Source: a virus (taxonomy: Duplodnaviria > Caudoviricetes). From it: DNA of 26,197 nucleotides. This document shows positions 25,054 to 26,197 of the stretch, piece after piece. The position numbers were made by a program, and so were the translations under genes. The DNA is taken from positions 1-26,197 of the IMG/VR virus record IMGVR_UViG_3300020044_003310; one strand, written 5' to 3'. Each line of letters begins with the position of its first letter. Position 1 is the first letter of the stretch. The notes below the pieces were generated by a model. It saw only the letters and a program-made list of their open reading frames with translations, had not been told where the DNA came from and did no database searches.

Positions 25054-25655
25054 TACACGGCGTCCGAAACCATAATGTAGTACGGCGTGCCGTTGTCAGC
25101 CACAATTTTGATAACGTGAGTAACAGCAGCCGATGCCTTGGCACGGAAAATCGTGTTTGACGCTGGTGCTGGCATATTAAGCAGCGAGCCAACTTTTACA
25201 GTATTGCTATCAGTCACGCGCATAAATGCAGTAACACCAGGCAAAGTTACACCAGCAGCAAAATTGGAATCCAATTGAATTGCTGCCAAAGTACCGCCAG
25301 GGGTAGCATCGTTACCGCCCAAAGTAGCACGAATTGCATTAGCTGCACCAGAAATGCTTGCGCTGTTACCGTTAATCTCACAAGAAATGTGGGCGCCATT
25401 GATTGTACCCGCAGTAGCCGCATTAGCGCCAGTTACTACCGAGAACGCACGAAGCGTTTCGCCTGAACCTGTAGAGGTAAAGGTTAACTTTTCGTAACTT
25501 AAACGGGTATCGCCAGAAGTAGCTGAAGTAGTAGCATAGCTACCATTTAAAACGCCTGCTGAAGTAATAGAGATAGGATCGTTAGAACTACCAACTTGAT
25601 ACGAATCTAATTGTGGATCGGCGTATGCAACGCCAATAGGTTTGTTATTTGCCAT
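25053..25655 (-). CDS. Putative capsid-associated structural/fibre protein
   Basis: SD AAGGAG; KPIGVAYADP N-terminus; beta-rich, small-residue-rich; downstream of the capsid genes. Confidence 0.6.
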   Translation of the reverse strand: MANNKPIGVAYADPQLDSYQVGSSNDPISITSAGVLNGSYATTSATSGDTRLSYEKLTFTSTGSGETLRAFSVVTGANAATAGTINGAHISCEINGNSASISGAANAIRATLGGNDATPGGTLAAIQLDSNFAAGVTLPGVTAFMRVTDSNTVKVGSLLNMPAPASNTIFRAKASAAVTHVIKIVADNGTPYYIMVSDAV

Positions 25656-25679
25656 GATTAAAACTCCTTTATTATTTCC

Positions 25680-25716
25680 AAAAAAAGTTAATCCCGCCCC
25701 AAGGGGCGGGGGATTA
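25680..25716 (-). terminator. Intrinsic terminator
   Basis: Minus strand TAATCCCCCGCCCCTTGGGGCGGGATTAACTTTTTT. Confidence 0.75.
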
Positions 25717-25718
25717 CA

Positions 25719-26114
25719 TTAACCAGCTACGCGATAGAATACATACGTTGCATCGGCAGTCTTACGAACACGCCAAGTACAAGCTGTATTAGCCGCAACA
25801 GCAGCTACACCAACTAGCGTACAACCTGTGCTAGCCGTTACAGTTGCAGCATCGGTTCCATCTAAGTTAATAATATTAAAGCTAAAGCAGCTATTAACTT
25901 TCATACTAGGAAACGCAGCATCTAACAAAGCACCTGTAGGTACTGTTAAAGCACCCGCAGTTCCATCAAAAGTAATAATCCCTGTGGCTAATTCAGCGGC
26001 TGTTAAAACTGCTGCGGCTGTTTTAGCTGTTGGGGTTACTTGAGTAACCATGTTAATTTCGGTTAAGTTACCGTCACCAAACTGATAACCACCTGCACCA
26101 TTAGGTAATGCCAT
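25719..26114 (-). CDS. Putative capsid decoration protein
   Basis: SD AAGGAG; immediately after the major capsid gene, bracketed by terminators; A/T/G-rich. Confidence 0.65.
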   Translation of the reverse strand: MALPNGAGGYQFGDGNLTEINMVTQVTPTAKTAAAVLTAAELATGIITFDGTAGALTVPTGALLDAAFPSMKVNSCFSFNIINLDGTDAATVTASTGCTLVGVAAVAANTACTWRVRKTADATYVFYRVAG

Positions 26115-26134
26115 AATAATTCTCCTTAAATATT

Positions 26135-26160
26135 AAAAAAGCCCCCGTTTACACGGGAGC
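26135..26160 (-). terminator. Intrinsic terminator after the major capsid gene
   Basis: Minus strand GCTCCCGT-GTAA-ACGGGGGC-TTTTTT. Confidence 0.8.
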
Positions 26161-26168
26161 ATTTAGGT

Positions 26169-26197
26169 TTAACCCCACAGACGGCAAGCCATTTGTG
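26169..26197 (-). CDS. 3' end of probable major capsid protein (P22 coat-like)
   Basis: Reads ...QMACRLWG*, resembling the C-terminus of P22 gp5-like coat proteins; only 29 bp visible. Confidence 0.6.

Noticed and set aside
25007-25192. 61-aa minus-strand ORF from the track
   Set aside because: Overlaps 25053-25655 out of frame; the coupled 24895-25053 ORF explains the region better.
1-26197. Alternative genetic code, tRNAs, introns or inteins
   Set aside because: Genes are full length in the standard code with TAA/TGA/TAG stops; no cloverleaf noticed; polymerase, primase and helicase are uninterrupted.

Overview
This is a 26.2-kb segment of a dsDNA tailed phage with P22-like (podovirus-type) virion genes and an APSE-like replication module, probably from an environmental proteobacterial host (inference). 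From left to right: (i) an AT-rich early region of microproteins plus a Gp88-like Cys-rich protein; (ii) a candidate replication origin (terminator, phased T-tracts, three 17-bp repeats at 25-bp period); (iii) a minus-strand replication operon (primase-helicase, family A DNA polymerase, putative SSB, DUF2800 Cas4-like nuclease); (iv) a divergent plus-strand operon (VRR-NUC, C5 DNA methyltransferase, SNF2-like helicase, small proteins, HNH endonuclease, sigma-region-4 HTH protein); (v) the minus-strand late operon (capsid 3' end, head-tail proteins, tail protein, 2OG-Fe(II) hydroxylase + cupin, three ejection proteins, lysis genes). The strongest signal is the C5 methyltransferase: it has a multi-module variable region and hides a second ~150-aa protein in its +1 frame. 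By my manual scan CCGG is nearly absent from the window, and the only copy falls inside that double-coding stretch. No integrase, tRNA, CRISPR array or reverse transcriptase was seen. All family calls come from recognising motifs by eye; no database search was run.
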